From NCBI GenBank assembly GCA_028534125.1, contig CM052816.1, positions 56,112,001-56,176,000 on the forward strand: a DNA stretch of 64,000 bases, in the 5' to 3' direction. This stretch comes from Lama glama. Lineage: Eukaryota. The position numbers and the translations under genes were made by a program. The notes under the pieces were generated by a model. That model made no database searches. It was not told where the DNA came from and saw only the letters and a list, made by a program, of their open reading frames with translations. Of this stretch, positions 47,910-62,920 are shown piece after piece. Position 1 is the first letter of the stretch. Every line of letters begins with the position of its first letter.

Positions 47910-49117
47910 GTACAAATAGTCATGGTGTATCAATTAATTAGTGCTCTGATCATTTTGATAAAACAGTTACATTTTAATGCCAAAAGATTTCTTATGTCAT
48001 TGAGTTCAGTTTTATTAGCATTCATTGGTAAGTATTTCTTGTGATTTGTCTAGTTTTTATTTAAGATGCTTTGATTTTTACAAACCCTTTTCATTTTTTC
48101 TTTTATGTTGGCCCTTCTTCACTTAAATTTGTCCCTACTCTTGTTCTTGTGGTGTTATCTATGGGATTCTAAATTACTGACCTTAGGCCTGCCCTTCCAG
48201 TGTATTAGATGAGACAGTAACCAATTCATTATTGATTCAGTTTCCCATCACCATTTATAAAAATCAACTTTTCCCTGTTTTCTAGCTCAATCTTTAGAAC
48301 TCAGTCAAGATATTTATATACTGTGGTTAATGTCATTTGACCTTTTTGAATGTTAAATACTTTGTTCTTTAGCATATTTGCCTAAAATTCTTCAGTGGCT
48401 TCTCTGCTTATAGGACAAACCCAAACTCCTTGGTATGGTGTATAGTAAAGCTCACAATTCCAGCTGTATCATTTCCAGCTAGATTTGGTTACACAGAGCA
48501 GCAAACCCCCAAATAGCAAGTGTTTCAATGACAAAAGTTTCTTTCCTTCTCTTGTAAAATATCCCTTGAGTTGGTAATAGCCCAGGGGTTGGAGGGTGGC
48601 TCCTCAACATCGTTAGGCAACCAAGCTCCAGTCTTTCCACCCTGCTTCTTAGAATTTTCCTCTAGCCGCATTGAAAAGAGTTAAGGTAAAATAATTAATT
48701 TTAGTAATATATTTTACTTAACTCAGTATATCAAAAATATTATCATTTGAACATAAATATCAATATTAAAATTACTGAATTATTTTACTTTCTTTTTTTT
48801 TTCATGTTGAATCTTTGAACCTGATATGAATTTTACACTTATAGCACATGTTAATTCAGACTAGTGATATGTTGTACAGATGGCTTGTGGCTACCCTTAG
48901 GACCATGCAGGTCTAGAAGATGTGGTTTATATACCTAAGAACACTTAAATGTGTGACTGCTAAGGTTACTTCATTATTTCATTGCTCAGCTCCTTTCTTC
49001 AGCTTTATGTCTGTGGAATTTCTAATGTCTTTTATAAAGAGGGAATATATATGTATCAATTTGATTGTATTAAAGTATCATTTTACTTTAGATGGCATAT
49101 TTAATATAAATAATATA

Positions 49118-49330
49118 CAGTTGACCTTTAAACAATAGGGGGTATAGGGGCACCGACCCTCCATGTAGTTGAAAATCCAGGTATAACTTATAGTCAGAGT
49201 CTCTGTACCTGTGGTTCTGCATCCAGAGTCAACCAACCACAGATCGTGTATACTGTACACTGCAGTAGTTACTATTAAAACATTCCGAATAAAAGGGGAC
49301 CTGCATGGTTCAAACTCCTGTTGTTCAAGT
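49118..49330 (-). mobile_element. Tigger2-family MITE
   Basis: ta|cagttgaccttt terminus; homologous to the 28.5-29 kb copies. Confidence 0.7.
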
Positions 49331-49998
49331 TTCAATTATATTCTTATGTCTTCTTTGGTTGTGATAATTCATCATAGGGTGAGCATGTTAGCATCTCTTT
49401 ATTCGTGATGTAATTTAGCTTACTTCTGCCAGTTTCTCATTACTGTTTGTGTTTCTGAAGGCTTTTCAATTTTTTGTCAGCTCCTAGATTGACCATTTCA
49501 GAATATAATCAGATGATGTTATTGTCCCACTTAAAATCCTTCAGTGACTTCCTAGTGCAAATCCAAACTCTTCACCATCTCCTTCAAGACCTTACATGAT
49601 GTCATCCTAGCCATACATCTCCCTTCTCTTCTGATGCTACTCTTCCTTTTGTCCACCAGTATCTTGCTACTCTGGCCTTCTTGTTTCTCTAATAGAAATC
49701 ATTCCTTGCACAGCTATTTCCTCCATCTGGAATTCTTTTTCTTCAGGATCTTACTTATGAGGGCATTCTTTTTGGTTTGTGTCTTTATCTAAATCATCCT
49801 GGAAAGTCTTCCTAGGTCACCCAAGTACTTTCCCATCACTATTTTGTCACCTTGTTTTATTCTCTACAAAACATTTATGGCTGTTTGAAAAAAAATTTTT
49901 TTAAAGTTGCTTGTTCATCTGTTTTCCCCACTAGAATGTATGGTACATTATTTTTTTTAAATGAAACGTAAAGGTAACAGTTATTATTTATCATCTAG

Positions 49999-50075
49999 AT
50001 TTGGATCATGCATTGAAATGCCTTCAGCGTGAAGATCCCAGTTTGAAAGTGAAGCTAGATCCTGACTCTGGACAA
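49999..50075 (+). CDS. GFM2: GFM2 exon 16
   Basis: LDHALKCLQREDPSLKVKLDPDSGQ (domain III). Confidence 0.96.
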
Positions 50076-50869
50076 GTACGCATATTATTACTTAATCCCA
50101 GAAATCTTTCAGTAACTTATAGAAGCAGCTTATTAAAGGGAGGATGCAAAGGCACTTTTAAAGATGATAACACACATAAAATGGATGAGAAGTGATTACA
50201 GCTTAACAATGTGGGAGGAAATAGAGTCTCAAAGGAGATAGAGAACTGTGCTGTATATTATAGCACAGTAGAACAACACATGTTCATTCTGCATCTTCTC
50301 TTCAGAAAGCCAGGGAAGAGTTTATACAAGATTCTAGAAAAAGTTCCTTAAAGAAATTATAAATTTGTCTTTAAAAAGGATAAACTGATTTCCTTTGAAA
50401 TCAAAGGAATCTGAGGAATATGGAGTACTTTATTTTCCCAAATGCCAGCCAAATCAAGTAGCAGTTTAGTTTAATTGATCCTGAAGGCTGCAACAACAGA
50501 CACTTTTTATTAAAAAAAAAACCTTTGATTTAAAAAATGTCAATACATATATTTTTTAAATAGAAATAGCATGCAGGTGTACAAAGTAAAGAGTTACAGT
50601 CTCCCTTTCTGTTTCTCTATCCCATTCTACACATGTAATCACTGAAATCTTGGTGAATTGCCTTTTATTCTTTTCCAAACATCTGTTTTTTGGCTGTGCT
50701 GTGTTATAAAGCAGAGCATATACTTCTTCAAATATGTACAGACATATATTATAACAAGTCATTCTATTGTATTATTCTACAACTTGCTTTTTTTTCAAAA
50801 TAATTCACTTCTTTAACTTCAAATTATAGCCGTCATATACCAAGTAATTTTTTGTTATTCCTTACAATT

Positions 50870-51318
50870 AGAGTTTTATTTCAGTGAAAGGATACAAATT
50901 AGAACCACCCAAAGGAAGAGACACATAGGGCAGAATTTGGGAGAGTTCCAAATGCAAAGCTTTCTTCATCCTCAGGGACTTGTTACCCTCTTGGCAAAGC
51001 CAACCAGGGAAACTCACCTAAGCCTTTGGTGTCCAGAGTTTTTAATTGGGGCATGATCACATACTGCCTGTGTGGTTGGCCTTTAATCTTTAGTGCCTCT
51101 GTGGCTTTGGGCCACTGTCTTTATTCTTGAGGTTGTAAATGGATATGGCTATTCCAAAGCCTGCATCGTAAATCAGTTGTTAGACTTTCTGGTGGACAAA
51201 GGCCCTAGACAAGCAATGACTGTTCTATCAGGCAGCACCTTGGCCTAGATATAACTTCCCAGTAGCTGAAGGCAAGGGCCAGATCTCTCTTTGGGGTAAA
51301 GTTAATTCTTCACCACAC
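50870..51318. mobile_element. MER21-like LTR fragment
   Basis: cagtgaaaggatacaaatt...ggccagatctctctttggggtaaagttaattc resembles recalled MER21. Confidence 0.6.
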
Positions 51319-52066
51319 AGATGGTATATGAATAAGATGGGGGCAAGTGTTGATTCCTTGCTCTGTACTCTCTCATACACAGAGACCTTCAGGAATAACC
51401 ATTGTTGCTTTAAAAGAAAAAATAAAGCATGGTTTAATTGGTTTTGATGCAAGTTTGGCTTTTCTAACAAGGACCCAAAATAACATTGGTTCAAAGAAGA
51501 TAAAGGTCAACTTCTCTGCCAAATAAAGATCTAGCTAGTCTGGAAGTTTTGACTGCCCACAATACTGTCAGGTGCCCGGGATGGCTGAGAAACAGCCATG
51601 TGGTTGGGAGTGCTTGGGGGAGGGTTATTCTCGCCATTCACAGAATGTTGCCCTCATTCACATTTCAAGACAGATGCCTACATCTTCATTAAGAAAGTGG
51701 CTTTATTTAATGCCCTTTCCTTAAAGACATTACCCAGAAGTTGCCAACATCACCTATACGTTATGTTCCATTGGCCAGAACTTAGCTGTGTGGTTGGGAA
51801 GTGTACCCTAGTTAGGTGCCACTTGCCCAGCTATAATTCAGCTATCAAGGAATAAAAGAATGACATTGTAATTCACTTTTAATTGATTTATTATTCTAGT
51901 CAGAAAAGCTAAAAACAGTGTTTTGATGTAAGAGCCAAAAAGAATTACAGAAAAAACCGTAAGTAATGAAAAATAAAATGTATTGATATAATACCTTTAT
52001 TAGTATTTTGTAATAAACATAGCTTTTTCTTTGATTTTTGTTTTGTTTTCTTCTTCTTTTAACCAG

Positions 52067-52205
52067 ACTGTCCTTTGTGGTATGGGGGAGTTACATATTG
52101 AGATTATTCATGACCGAATCAAGAGGGAATATGGACTGGAAACCTATCTAGGGCCTCTCCAGGTGGCATACCGAGAGACCATCCTAAATTCAGTTCGTGC
52201 CACAG
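52067..52205 (+). CDS. GFM2: GFM2 exon 17
   Basis: [23 protein letters not shown]...VAYRET (GMGELH motif). Confidence 0.97.
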
Positions 52206-55200
52206 GTAAAAAAACAAAAAACACTTAGAATTTGCTGGTTTTGTTTCTCTCTAGGATATGTTTTCTGATTTTCTGAATCTCTTAGTTTAGCTGCATAAAG
52301 CAGAGTTCATAGTCTCTAGTGTCTTCCATCAATGAGGACACGTTTTATGTCTGCATTTTCTTGTTTTTTAGGATGTGTTTTGTTTTAAACGCAGCCTCAT
52401 TTCATTACTGTTCATTACATCTATTGGCTGAGCCACTCAGCAGGCCAGTTTGCAGCAGGATGAGCCCTTGAAGTAGATGGCTCGTCCCAGTCCTCACTAC
52501 CGGGAAAGTATAAGAATTTGAAGTTGGTGTGTTATTTTTATTCTATAAAGTGATTGGAAAATGGGAGGTCGTGGGGGTGGGTGGTGAAGTCAAAAAGCAC
52601 AAACTTCCAGACAGGTAAATAAGCACTAGGGATGAAACATAAAACATGATAAAGATAATACTGCGATATGTTATAAATGAAACTTAACAGAGTAAATCTT
52701 AAGAGCTCTCATCACAAGGGAAACAAACTTTTTTTCTATTTCTTTAATGTTGTATATGTATGAGATGACAGATGTTCACTAAACCTGTTGTGGTAATCAT
52801 TTCATTGTCTATGTAAGTTAAATCATTATGTTGTTCACTTTAAACTTACACAGTGCTATGTCACATCTCTCAAAATTAGAGATGTAATTTTTAAAGTTTA
52901 AAAAGAAAAAACAATGAGTGGAAAATAATTTCCACTATTTAATAAATATGGTTATCCTATGCTGATGACATTTTTGAGAAAGTGTAGTTTTTATATTTTC
53001 TGTTCCAAAATGTAAGAATTCGTGATTTTTCAACATATGATAATTTGAATTTGGTTCCCTTAAGCAAAAGAACATGACAATGCTGTCCTCCCCAAGGAGA
53101 AAACATGGACAAGTTTATGAAGAAATACAGAAAAAAGATGTTTCAGACAACTAGGCGCTTTAAAGCAACTCAGTGATTTGTAGAAAGGCCAGATGGTTAC
53201 TTTTCACTGAACTTTGAAAAATTAAACAAGCAGAATATAGGAACAAATGACATGATGATTTTTCTTTCTGGACTCTACATCTGGAAAAACTGAAAATGCT
53301 GGGAAAATATAAATAATGTCTTTTAAATTAGTAGCTGAGCTGGTTAGGATGTGATGGAAATTTCAAGAGGTCAAAAGGAAGCTGGAACAGGAATCTTGGA
53401 GAATAAGTCAGCACCAAAGCCTAGAGGAATTCGCAGTCATCTCTGCTGTTTCCATGGAGACTTGGCTGAGGGCAAGGGGCAGAATTGCTGAGAATTTGTA
53501 ACCATCGGCTTCTGATAACATTTTTGGCCTAAATTCATAGAAGCAATATGACCTGAAAAACTCTTAAGAATTTAGTATAAAGTGCTGATGGATTGGTAAT
53601 ATACCAAGGTATTTGGAGAGAACAATATAGGGCCTCCTTAGATAACTGTATCTTCGGCCTAGGCCTCAAAGAAAATCCCACAGATAAAAGAATATGAAGT
53701 CCTCACAATTTAAAAAAAAAAAGGGTTTAAAATCGTAAAACCTTGAGAAAAGGCACAACGAACAAGAAAAGCAGTATACACTATAAATATCACAGTCAGA
53801 CCAGCAGAGACCTCTGATACTGGAATTATATGCATAACATGAAATAAGAATTGAAGGAACAAGAAAGGGGATAGAAAGTATTAGTAAGAAATAGGAGACT
53901 ATCAAAAATAAGCAGGCAATGGAACATCATGTTGTCTGAGAAAGAAAGGAAATGCTCAAAAAAATAAAGGGGTCATGCCATAAGGGCACAAGAACCAGCT
54001 TGAAGAGGCTCCCCTGGCTGAATCTGGATTAATTTGAACTCCAGAATAATTACAAACAACAATTACAGACCATTGAGAAAAGGTTGGAACTCATGAGTCC
54101 TTACTGATAATAGACCAACAAGAAGAGAGTGTTCTTCCTTACACTGGAATGCAGAGTGCTGAGTGTTAGGTGATGAAGAGGAGGACTGGAGTGGGAAATC
54201 GTCATTTTGCAGCTATGGTGAATGTTTAATGTTGGGAACTAGACATTAAAGAAGACCAATGTTAAATGGAAAACCGTACTATTTATGGCTAAGAGTATCA
54301 TGAAGATACCAATTCTACCCAAAGAAGTGTTTCAGACATTAATACTTATAAAACCACAGTCATTATGATACTAACCAAGCCAGGAACAGACAAGTATACC
54401 AGTGGAATAAACCAGAAAGCCTAGAAACAGACTCATGTATGTCGAAATGCGGTTACTAGTAACCTATAATGAAAAAGAAAATGAAAACGAATATATATGT
54501 ATGACTGAAACAGTATGCTGTATACTAGAAATTGACAAACAACATTGTAAACTGACTATACTTCAATTTAAAAAAATGTGATTACTGTCAGAGTGATATT
54601 GCAGTAGGAAAGGGTGGACTGATGTTCAATAAATGGGCCTGGGATAATTATCCATATGGAAAAAGACATAGATTCCTACCTCATGCCATATAGAAAAGTC
54701 AATTCCAGGTGAATTTAAAACCTAACTGTGAAAGGAGTTTCCCTTGGAGCACAAAAGAACAAAGAGAATAAACGCTAATATATGCAAGAAAGAGGAAGAA
54801 GAAGAGAAGAAGGCTGGAAACACTAAAACTTTGCATTTGTTAGAATACACTAAAGAAAGCAAAAAGGCATACCAAAAACTGAGAGAAGATAACTTGCAAT
54901 GTTTAAAAGCTGACAGATCAGTATCCAGAATATATAGAGCACTTCAAAAATTCAGTAAAAACATGACAACAAACCAAGGAGAAAAGTGAGCAAAGAAGAT
55001 TGAACAGATACTTCACAAAAGATGATACCCAGAGGCCCAGGAACATATTAAAAGATTCTCATTCTCAGTAATGATTAGGATTGCAAGTCAAAAGGACAAG
55101 ATAATCATTTTACACTAACAAAACCGCCAGGAATTAAAATCTGACAACGCCAAGTGTTGGTGAGATGTTGAGCAATGGAAACAAAAAACTTCTGGTGGGT

Positions 55201-56260
55201 GTGTAAATTATATAACCACTATGAAAACAATTTGGCGACTTTCTGATGAAGTTGACCATGTATAGAACTTACTACTTAGCAATTCCCCTTGTAGGTATAT
55301 GCCCTAGAGAAACTCTTATATGTGTGCGTTCAGAGATATAAGAACCTTCATTAATAGTATTGTAATAAAACTTCAGGTAGAGAAAGCACCCCCAGATATT
55401 TGTGGGCAAAAGAATGGGTAAATAAATTGTACTTTTGCTCATGCAGAAGAGTGAACTACATCACCAAGTATCAGCCCAGATGACCCAAAAATGTGAAGCA
55501 AAAAAACCAAATTGCCGAATACTTGCAGTATAACATATTCAAAATGAAGCAGAAGTAAACTATGTTGTTAAGGATACATGCATCTGTGGTACAGCTCTAA
55601 AGGAAATCATGAATGATTAAATACAGCATCATGATAGTAATTGCTTCAGAAGGCTTCTAGGTTACTAGTAACATTCTGTTTCTTTAGTAATAGTAGGTTT
55701 CATGGATGTTTTTTGTTTTCAGCTTATGCATATATTTTTAAGTATGAAGTATGTCATAAAATTTAGCTTTAAAAGGAATTATGAAGAGAAATTGGGCTAT
55801 AATTCTTAGTTTTGAATTTGGGCTAGTAGTCACTGCGTTACATGGTCACTCACATAAATACAGCATAGTTTTGTTTTAGAGAAATATTGGAAATTGGTGA
55901 CAGCTATTGGTTGTTAGCAAATGAGAGATCCTATTTTCAGTCAGAAAAAGATCACTAGTGTTTTGGGAAAAAAATCACAAACATGAAATGCATAAAATAT
56001 TGCTGGAGAAATACATGAACTTTAACAGTTTGTGGGTTGGCAGGGTTAAAAGCCTTTTAATTTTCATTAGATAACTTTTGTACTCTGTTTTAAATAAAAA
56101 TTTTGTAATTGAAAGACTTTCGGTCATATAAGATGTTTCAAAGTATAATCTGCATACCAAAATTTGTGTGATCAGCTGCCTGAACACATTCTAAACACTG
56201 AAGCAATCTTAACAGGTGATTCAGAGCAGGTTTTTAACAGTAAACACAGAAGCAGATGCT

Positions 56261-57765
56261 TTTCTTTTTTTTAAACAACTTTATTGTGGTATAATTTCTG
56301 TACAGTAAACTACAGATATTTCAGGTGTACAATTCGATGAATTTTGAGAAACTAGTGAAACCACTGCCACAATCAAGATAGCTAACATTTCAGAGACTCA
56401 CAGACATAGAAAACAAACTTCTGGTTACCAGGGGGTAGGAGGTGAGAAGGGATAAATTAGGAGTTCAAGATTTGCAGATACTGACTGGTATATATAAAAT
56501 AGATAAACAAGTTTATACTGTATAGCACAGGGAACTATATTCGATATCTTGTAGTAGCTTATGGGAAGAAGAATGAAAATGAATATATGTATATTCATGT
56601 ATAAAGGAAGCAATGTGCTGTACACCAGAAATTGACACAACACTGTAAACTGACTATACTTCAATTTAAAAACAACAACAGATAGCTAACATTTCCATCG
56701 CTCCCCAAGAGGTACAAAATATCAAACTCCCAGTTTATCCCTTCCCTCCCCCTTTACCCCTGGTAGCCATAAGTCTGTTCTCTATGTCTGTGAGTCTGTT
56801 TCTGTTTTGTAAGTTCATTTGTGTCTTTTTTTAGATTCTACATATAAGTGATATAATAGTTTTTTTTTCTTTCTCTTTCTGTCTTACTTCACTTAGAATA
56901 ACGATCTGCAGGTTTGTTCATGTTGCTGCAAAAGGCATTATTTTAACTTTTATGGCTGAGTAGTATTCCATTGTGTGTATGTGTATATATACACACACAT
57001 ACACACATATACATGCATATACATATACACACCACATCTTCTTTATCCAGTCATCTGTTGATGGACATTTAGGTTGTTTCCAATTCTTGGCTATTTTAAA
57101 TAGTGCTGCTGTAAACATTGGGGTGTGTGTGTCTCTTCAAATTATATTCTTCTCTGGACATATGCCCAGGCGTGGGATTGCTGGATCATATGGTAAGTTT
57201 TAGTTTTTTAATGAACCTCCATACTGTCCTCCATAGTGATTGTACCAGTTTACATTCCCACTAACAGTGTAAGAGGGTTCCTTTTTCTTCACACCCTCTC
57301 CAGCATTAATGGTTTGTGACGTGAGGTAATAACCTCATTGTAGTTTTGATTTGCATTTTTCTAACAATTAGTGATATTGAATATCTTTTCATGTGCTTGT
57401 TTTGTTGATGGTATCCTTAGCTGTGCAAAAGCTCTTAAGTTTAATTAGGTCTCATTTGTTTATTTTTGCTTTTATTTCCATTGCTCCAGGAGGTTTGAAA
57501 ATAAATACTGCTTTGATTTATGTCAAAAAGTGTTCTGCCTGTGTTTTCCTCTAAGAGTTTTATAGTATCTGGCCTTATATTTAGGTCTTTAATCCATTTA
57601 TTTTCATATATGGTGTTAGAGGATGTTTTAATTTCAGTCTTTTACAGGTAGTTGTCCAGTTTTCCTGGCACCTTTATTGAAGAGACTGTCTTTTTTCCAT
57701 TGTATATTCTCACTTCCTTTGTCATAGATTGACCATAAGTGCATGGGTTTTTTTCTGGACTTTCT
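56261..57765 (-). mobile_element. L1 (ORF2 3' part + variant 3' end) interrupted by a younger + strand L1 tail at 56392-56679
   Basis: ORF2 motif MFTAALFKIAKNWKQPKCPSTDDWIKKMW; nested TSD agatagctaacatttc at 56376 and 56680. Confidence 0.85.
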
Positions 57766-57817
57766 TGACACTTTTCCAGAACAAATCTCTGAGGTACTAT
57801 ATTCAATTTGTTTACAG

Positions 57818-57997
57818 ATACCTTAGATAGAACTTTAGGAGACAGACGGCATCTTGTGACTGTAGACCTGGAAGCAAAGCCAGCCGAGACTTCATCTCTT
57901 CTGCCAGTTATCGAGTTTGCAGAAAGTGTTGGTGAAGACCTTTCACAGGCCTCACAAGAGGCTGTTGAAAATGGAATTCATAGCGCATGCCTCCAAG
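57818..57997 (+). CDS. GFM2: GFM2 exon 18
   Basis: [19 protein letters not shown]...GIHSACLQ. Confidence 0.95.
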
Positions 57998-59298
57998 GTA
58001 AAGTACTCAGATAACAGCAAGCATCAGCATCACACTCGGTGATTTAATCACTTCTAATATTACAAATTGTTTCATTCTTCTTTTCTAATTTTGATGGTGT
58101 TTTCTCCCTGTCTCTTTGCATCATGCATATGTCACACCTTTATAGTTGTCCCACAGACCTTGGGTATTCTGTTCGGTATTTTTCAGGTTTTTGTTCACTT
58201 TACTTTTCAGTTTTGAAAGTTTCTGCTGATATATCCTCTGACTCAGAGACTCTTTACTCAGACACGTCCAGTCTACTTTAGAAGCCCATTGTCAGTGGCA
58301 TTCTTCATTCGTGTTGACAGTGGTTTTGATCTGAAGCATTTCTTCTTGGTTCTTGGTTAGGATCTCTCTCTTTGCCGTCATTGCCCGTCTGTTCCTGCAT
58401 GTCTGCTTTATCTGTCAGAGCCCTCAGCCTATATTAATCATAGTCATTTTATATTCCCAGTCTGATCATTCAACATCCCTGCCATGTCTGGTCTGGTGCT
58501 TGCTCTGTGTATTCAAATTGTGCTTTTTGCCATTTAATATGCTTTAAAAAAATTTTTTTTTTGATAGCCAGATATGATGCATGGGTAAAAGGAACTGCTA
58601 TAAACAGGCCTCTGTTACTGGTGGTGAGGTGTCGGGGAGCACTCTGTAGTCCTAGGATTAGATCTCAGTCTTCTAGTGAGACTGTGCCTTTGGACTCTGA
58701 ACTACGCAACTGTTTCTCAGTTTTTTTCACACCCCCCCCCCATAAGTGGGACAGGATGGCTAGAGTAGGCTGGAATTGGGTACTTCCCTCAAGTCAGTTA
58801 GGCTCCCGTTTCCCCTGTGGGCAGGCCTCGTTAACAACAGAGTGCCTTGGAGTATTTCTGAATGGAGTTCCCCCTCCCTTGAGTTTCTGCTATTTACTGT
58901 GAAAACCTGCTTGAACTCCTAGAGGTAAACTTCACAAAATTGTGCCCCTCCCATCCCCAAGACTGGGTCTCCTGGAAATTTTAACTCTTACTTGTCCACA
59001 CTGAGCCTCCAATAATTCATCAGTTACAGTCCAGGTGTGACTCCGCACTCACCTGTCTGTTTCTCTTGTCTTGGGGGCAGTGGTTTGCTCTTTGTCCTCC
59101 CCTGTCTTATGGATCCAGTAAGATTTGTTGACTTTTCAGTCTGTTCTGCTTTTTACTTATCGTTAGGACAGAGTGATGACATCTAAGCTACTTACATGCA
59201 GAACTGGAAACTGGAAGTTCTCTATCTCTTTACACTTCCCAGTTACTCCTTACTATATATGGAGTCCTAACACTGTACAACTTTTTCTCCTTGCCTAG

Positions 59299-59414
59299 GA
59301 CCATTGCTTGGATCCCCAGTTCAAGACGTGGCAATTACTTTACATTCACTGGTAATTCATCCCGGTACCTCTACAGCTATGATTTCTGCCTGTGTCTCCA
59401 GATGCATACAGAAG
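59299..59414 (+). CDS. GFM2: GFM2 exon 19
   Basis: [38 protein letters not shown]. Confidence 0.95.
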
Positions 59415-61902
59415 GTACAGAATTGTCCTAATCTTTGTTGCTTAAGGGTGACAGTATTGTCTGATCCTGATCCACTGGTCCACCGACAGCTGTGCTCTCG
59501 CAGTGCCTGACCTTGCGTCTTTGCATCTGAGCCTTATAGTCAGTGAGAGTTTTTACGGTAAAGAATCTTCGATTTCTTAATCACTAAGGTTTTATTCAAA
59601 AGAGGATCTAAGAAATTACTATTTAACACAGCTAGCTATTAAATATCCTCTGATTCTGGCAAAGAGGCAAGTTTTCTTAAGTGGCAACTCTGCTTTCCCC
59701 ATCCCAGATACACAGCCATTAGAGGCAAGCTTGGTCGGTTTGAGTAAAAGATATTTCTGGCATCAGCTTGGCCCCAAATGTACTATAACCTAAAGGACAT
59801 TGAAGATCTAATATTGGTTACAGTGTTGGAGTTCATGTTTATTCAAAGAAGATTACTTTAATCAAGGATCATTGAAATCAGAGAAGTCCTGCTGAGTAAC
59901 AGATCAGATAAGCATCTTCCCTTCTCAAAGCCTCAAGCAGTCTGGTCGTCTTGGTGTGATTATTTGGGGGCTGTGTCCTTGAGTGTGTTGCCCTAGTCAT
60001 CTACCAGAGCTGGATTAACCCCCAGGACCTTAGTGTGCTGAACGCTGATTCCATGCATTCTCCTCAGTGTGGGAATACTCTAGTTTTGTGGGTGACTGAT
60101 TTTGCACTAAAATACTCGGTTTTATAACCATTTTCTAGTATTTCTGAACTGTGTTTGAGACTTGATTTTCTGTAGTCTTATTTGAATCCGTAATTATAAA
60201 GTAATTATAAAGTTAATTTAAATACCCTCAGTCCCTAATTTAATGTCTCTTTCATCTGAGTTCAAATTCATACTTCTTAAAGTTTTTTGATTTAAAAAAA
60301 TACTTTCAAAAATAGTCACTTATTGTTTGCCTAAGCATATAGTTAGAAATACCACCTGTACAGTAGTCATAATAAAATTGTTAACATTTACCTTCCAGTA
60401 ATTCTTACAGTTTCTCCTGCAATTGGTTTTGGTATTGAAATACCAATAACCAGAAAGATGATGTAATGTTTCTGAATTAACCCAAAGCCTCAGTCCTTCA
60501 AAAATCTAATATGCCTTCGTTAGCCTTTTTATTAAGATCATAGTAGAGAACAACGATTAACTTTACGGGGCTGTCATTACTTTAAGTAAAATCCTACTAA
60601 TGGAGGTACTCTAGCCCTTGTTAAACATCATCTGGTGGGGAAGCTCCTCTGCTTAAGAGAAGTTAATGATGCTTCATATATTTATTGAGTCATCTGTGTT
60701 GTGCTTACCGTGCACTGGGCACTGAAGACACAAATAAGATGCATACATTTTTCTTGACCTAAAGGAGTTTATGATTTAGAAGGGAATTAAATATAGCCAA
60801 ATAGCCAAAATATTAGATGGAGTAGACTGAGATCTATAAAAGCTGGAAAGTGGGGAATCTGGGCAGGTTCTTGGAATATTTAAGCTGTGATGATTTGAAG
60901 GATTAGGCACAGTGAGGGGGCGGGGGGCATTCCAGACAGGGGGAACCTAAAGAGTCTCTTTAGCTGTAGTACCAGATGAAGGTAGGAGAGTAGTGAAAAA
61001 GAGGGTTGGAAAAGTAAGATAGAGTCAGACTCTAGAGAAACCTTTAAAAACCACATTTAGGAGTTTGAGGTTTGTTTTGAGAACAGTGGCAAATAATTTA
61101 AAGTTTTTGAAAAGAGTAGTATAATCATTAAAATACAGGATGGACTGGAGTAGGGAAGGGATAGTCTAGGATAGGGAATGGACTGGGTCTGTACTAGGAT
61201 ACCTGCAACAGGAATGGAAATCTTTCAGCTCAACAGTGCAGGTCCTGGTGAACTGAAGGCTTGTGATGCCACCAACAGAAAGAGGAAAGAGCAGACAGAG
61301 GTGTTTGGAAAAGAAAGCAGGAGTTCAGTTTGGGGCAGATTGGGTTGCTGTAGGATATTCAGACACTATCCCAGGACAGGCCAGTGGATTACAAAGCTGG
61401 AGCACTTAGAAACTCTGTCCTGGGTGAAGTTGAAAGTGTTTGAGGAAGCTGTGTAGAAACTTTCTGAGGCCCTGTAACTGAGCAGTGTTGCCAAGGAAAA
61501 GACTGACGAGGAGGGAGGACTAAGGACAGGTCCACGAGCACGGCACATCCTGCTCAGTTACACAGAACTCAATCCTTTCCTTAGTTGTAACATTTTTTTC
61601 TCTTAATTTTTAACCTTTTCCCACTCCATTATTTTGTTCTAAAAGACATTATGTGAAGTGGCACAAAGCTTTTTAGTAAGAATTGCAGGAATACAGAGGA
61701 TATATTTAGTTGTTTGCTGTTGACAGTATTTTTTAGTAATATTTTCATTCAGTATTAGTATATTAGGTTTTCTGTAGTCGAGTCATTTTGGTTGATAATG
61801 ATTTTAAAGACTTAATTCAGCTATGAAGAACTGAGAGGTTATGTTTTTACTACTATGTGTTCTGTTTTTTTGAAATTTCTATGATAGAGAACATACTATT
61901 GG

Positions 61903-62683
61903 TGTTACTGATCTGGCCACTTTTCATGCTTTATGAAGATAGGAGGTAGAGGAGGAGAACGTGAGGTATCTGGACAGAAGGGTTGGCGGCCCAGGCCACT
62001 GCTTGACAATGCAGTGAAAATACCCACACCTAAGGCCTTAGTAGTAATGAGGCGTGAGCGGTGGCCGGGGGGAGTGGAGAGATGACCAGCCAAACCCAGA
62101 GGTGAGGCCACATCCCATAGCTCTAGCTCTTTCATCTGGTTTCCTTTGCTAAATCTAAGTTTACATCCCACCTGACCACCAGCCAGAGGCTTAACATTTA
62201 CAGGACATTGTTTTGTTACTTTTGACCTCTGTGGGCTGGAGAGGTAGGATAGCTTTCTCCCAGTAGCCACAGCACTTGCAAACGCCATCCAAAACGCATT
62301 TACCAATCTGTTCCTTTTAAAGAGAGACTGTGTTTCCATTAACTTACTGTGTGTATGTTTAGCTCTCCCTTTTATTTCCCTCCTGACTTGTAGCATGCCT
62401 ATTACTATAGGCATCAAAAACAAAAAATAAGTCTTTGGAGGGGGAAAACCATTTTATCTTCCTATCTCTGGGCACATGTTCACAGGCGCTCTACATGTTC
62501 AGACTTTACTAAGCATCCCCTTGAAACATACCATTTATGAGAGCTCAGATACACTGTTGTCATGAATGTACAAGCAAGTATTGCCTTCTTACAGAGTGTT
62601 AAAGCTGGCTTATGTCTTTTCGGTAGAGGCTCTAGGCCTAAGAGTATGGATAGTATATGTGTTTTTGACTCTTCCCTTTAACA
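61903..62683. mobile_element. Putative solo LTR
   Basis: TGTTA...TAACA termini, composition differs from flanks; no clean TSD. Confidence 0.45.
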
Positions 62684-62737
62684 GAAATTTGATCTGTAAT
62701 TTAAGGAAGTAGGGTAAACATGCTTTAATTTCTTTAG

Positions 62738-62920
62738 GCTCTGAAGAAAGCTGATAAGCAAATTTTGGAGCCACTGATGAATCTCGAGGTTACAGTGACT
62801 AGAGATTACCTCAGCCCTGTCCTAGCAGATCTGGCACAAAGAAGAGGGAACATTCAGGAAATCCAGACTCGTCAGGACAACAAAGTTGTTATTGGATTTG
62901 TTCCCCTAGCAGAAATTATG
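62738..62920 (+). CDS. GFM2: GFM2 exon 20
   Basis: [18 protein letters not shown]...[10 protein letters not shown]...VPLAEIM (domain V). Confidence 0.96.

Noticed and set aside
61905..62423. 172-aa minus-strand ORF
   Set aside because: No ATG start, lies within a putative LTR, no recognisable domain
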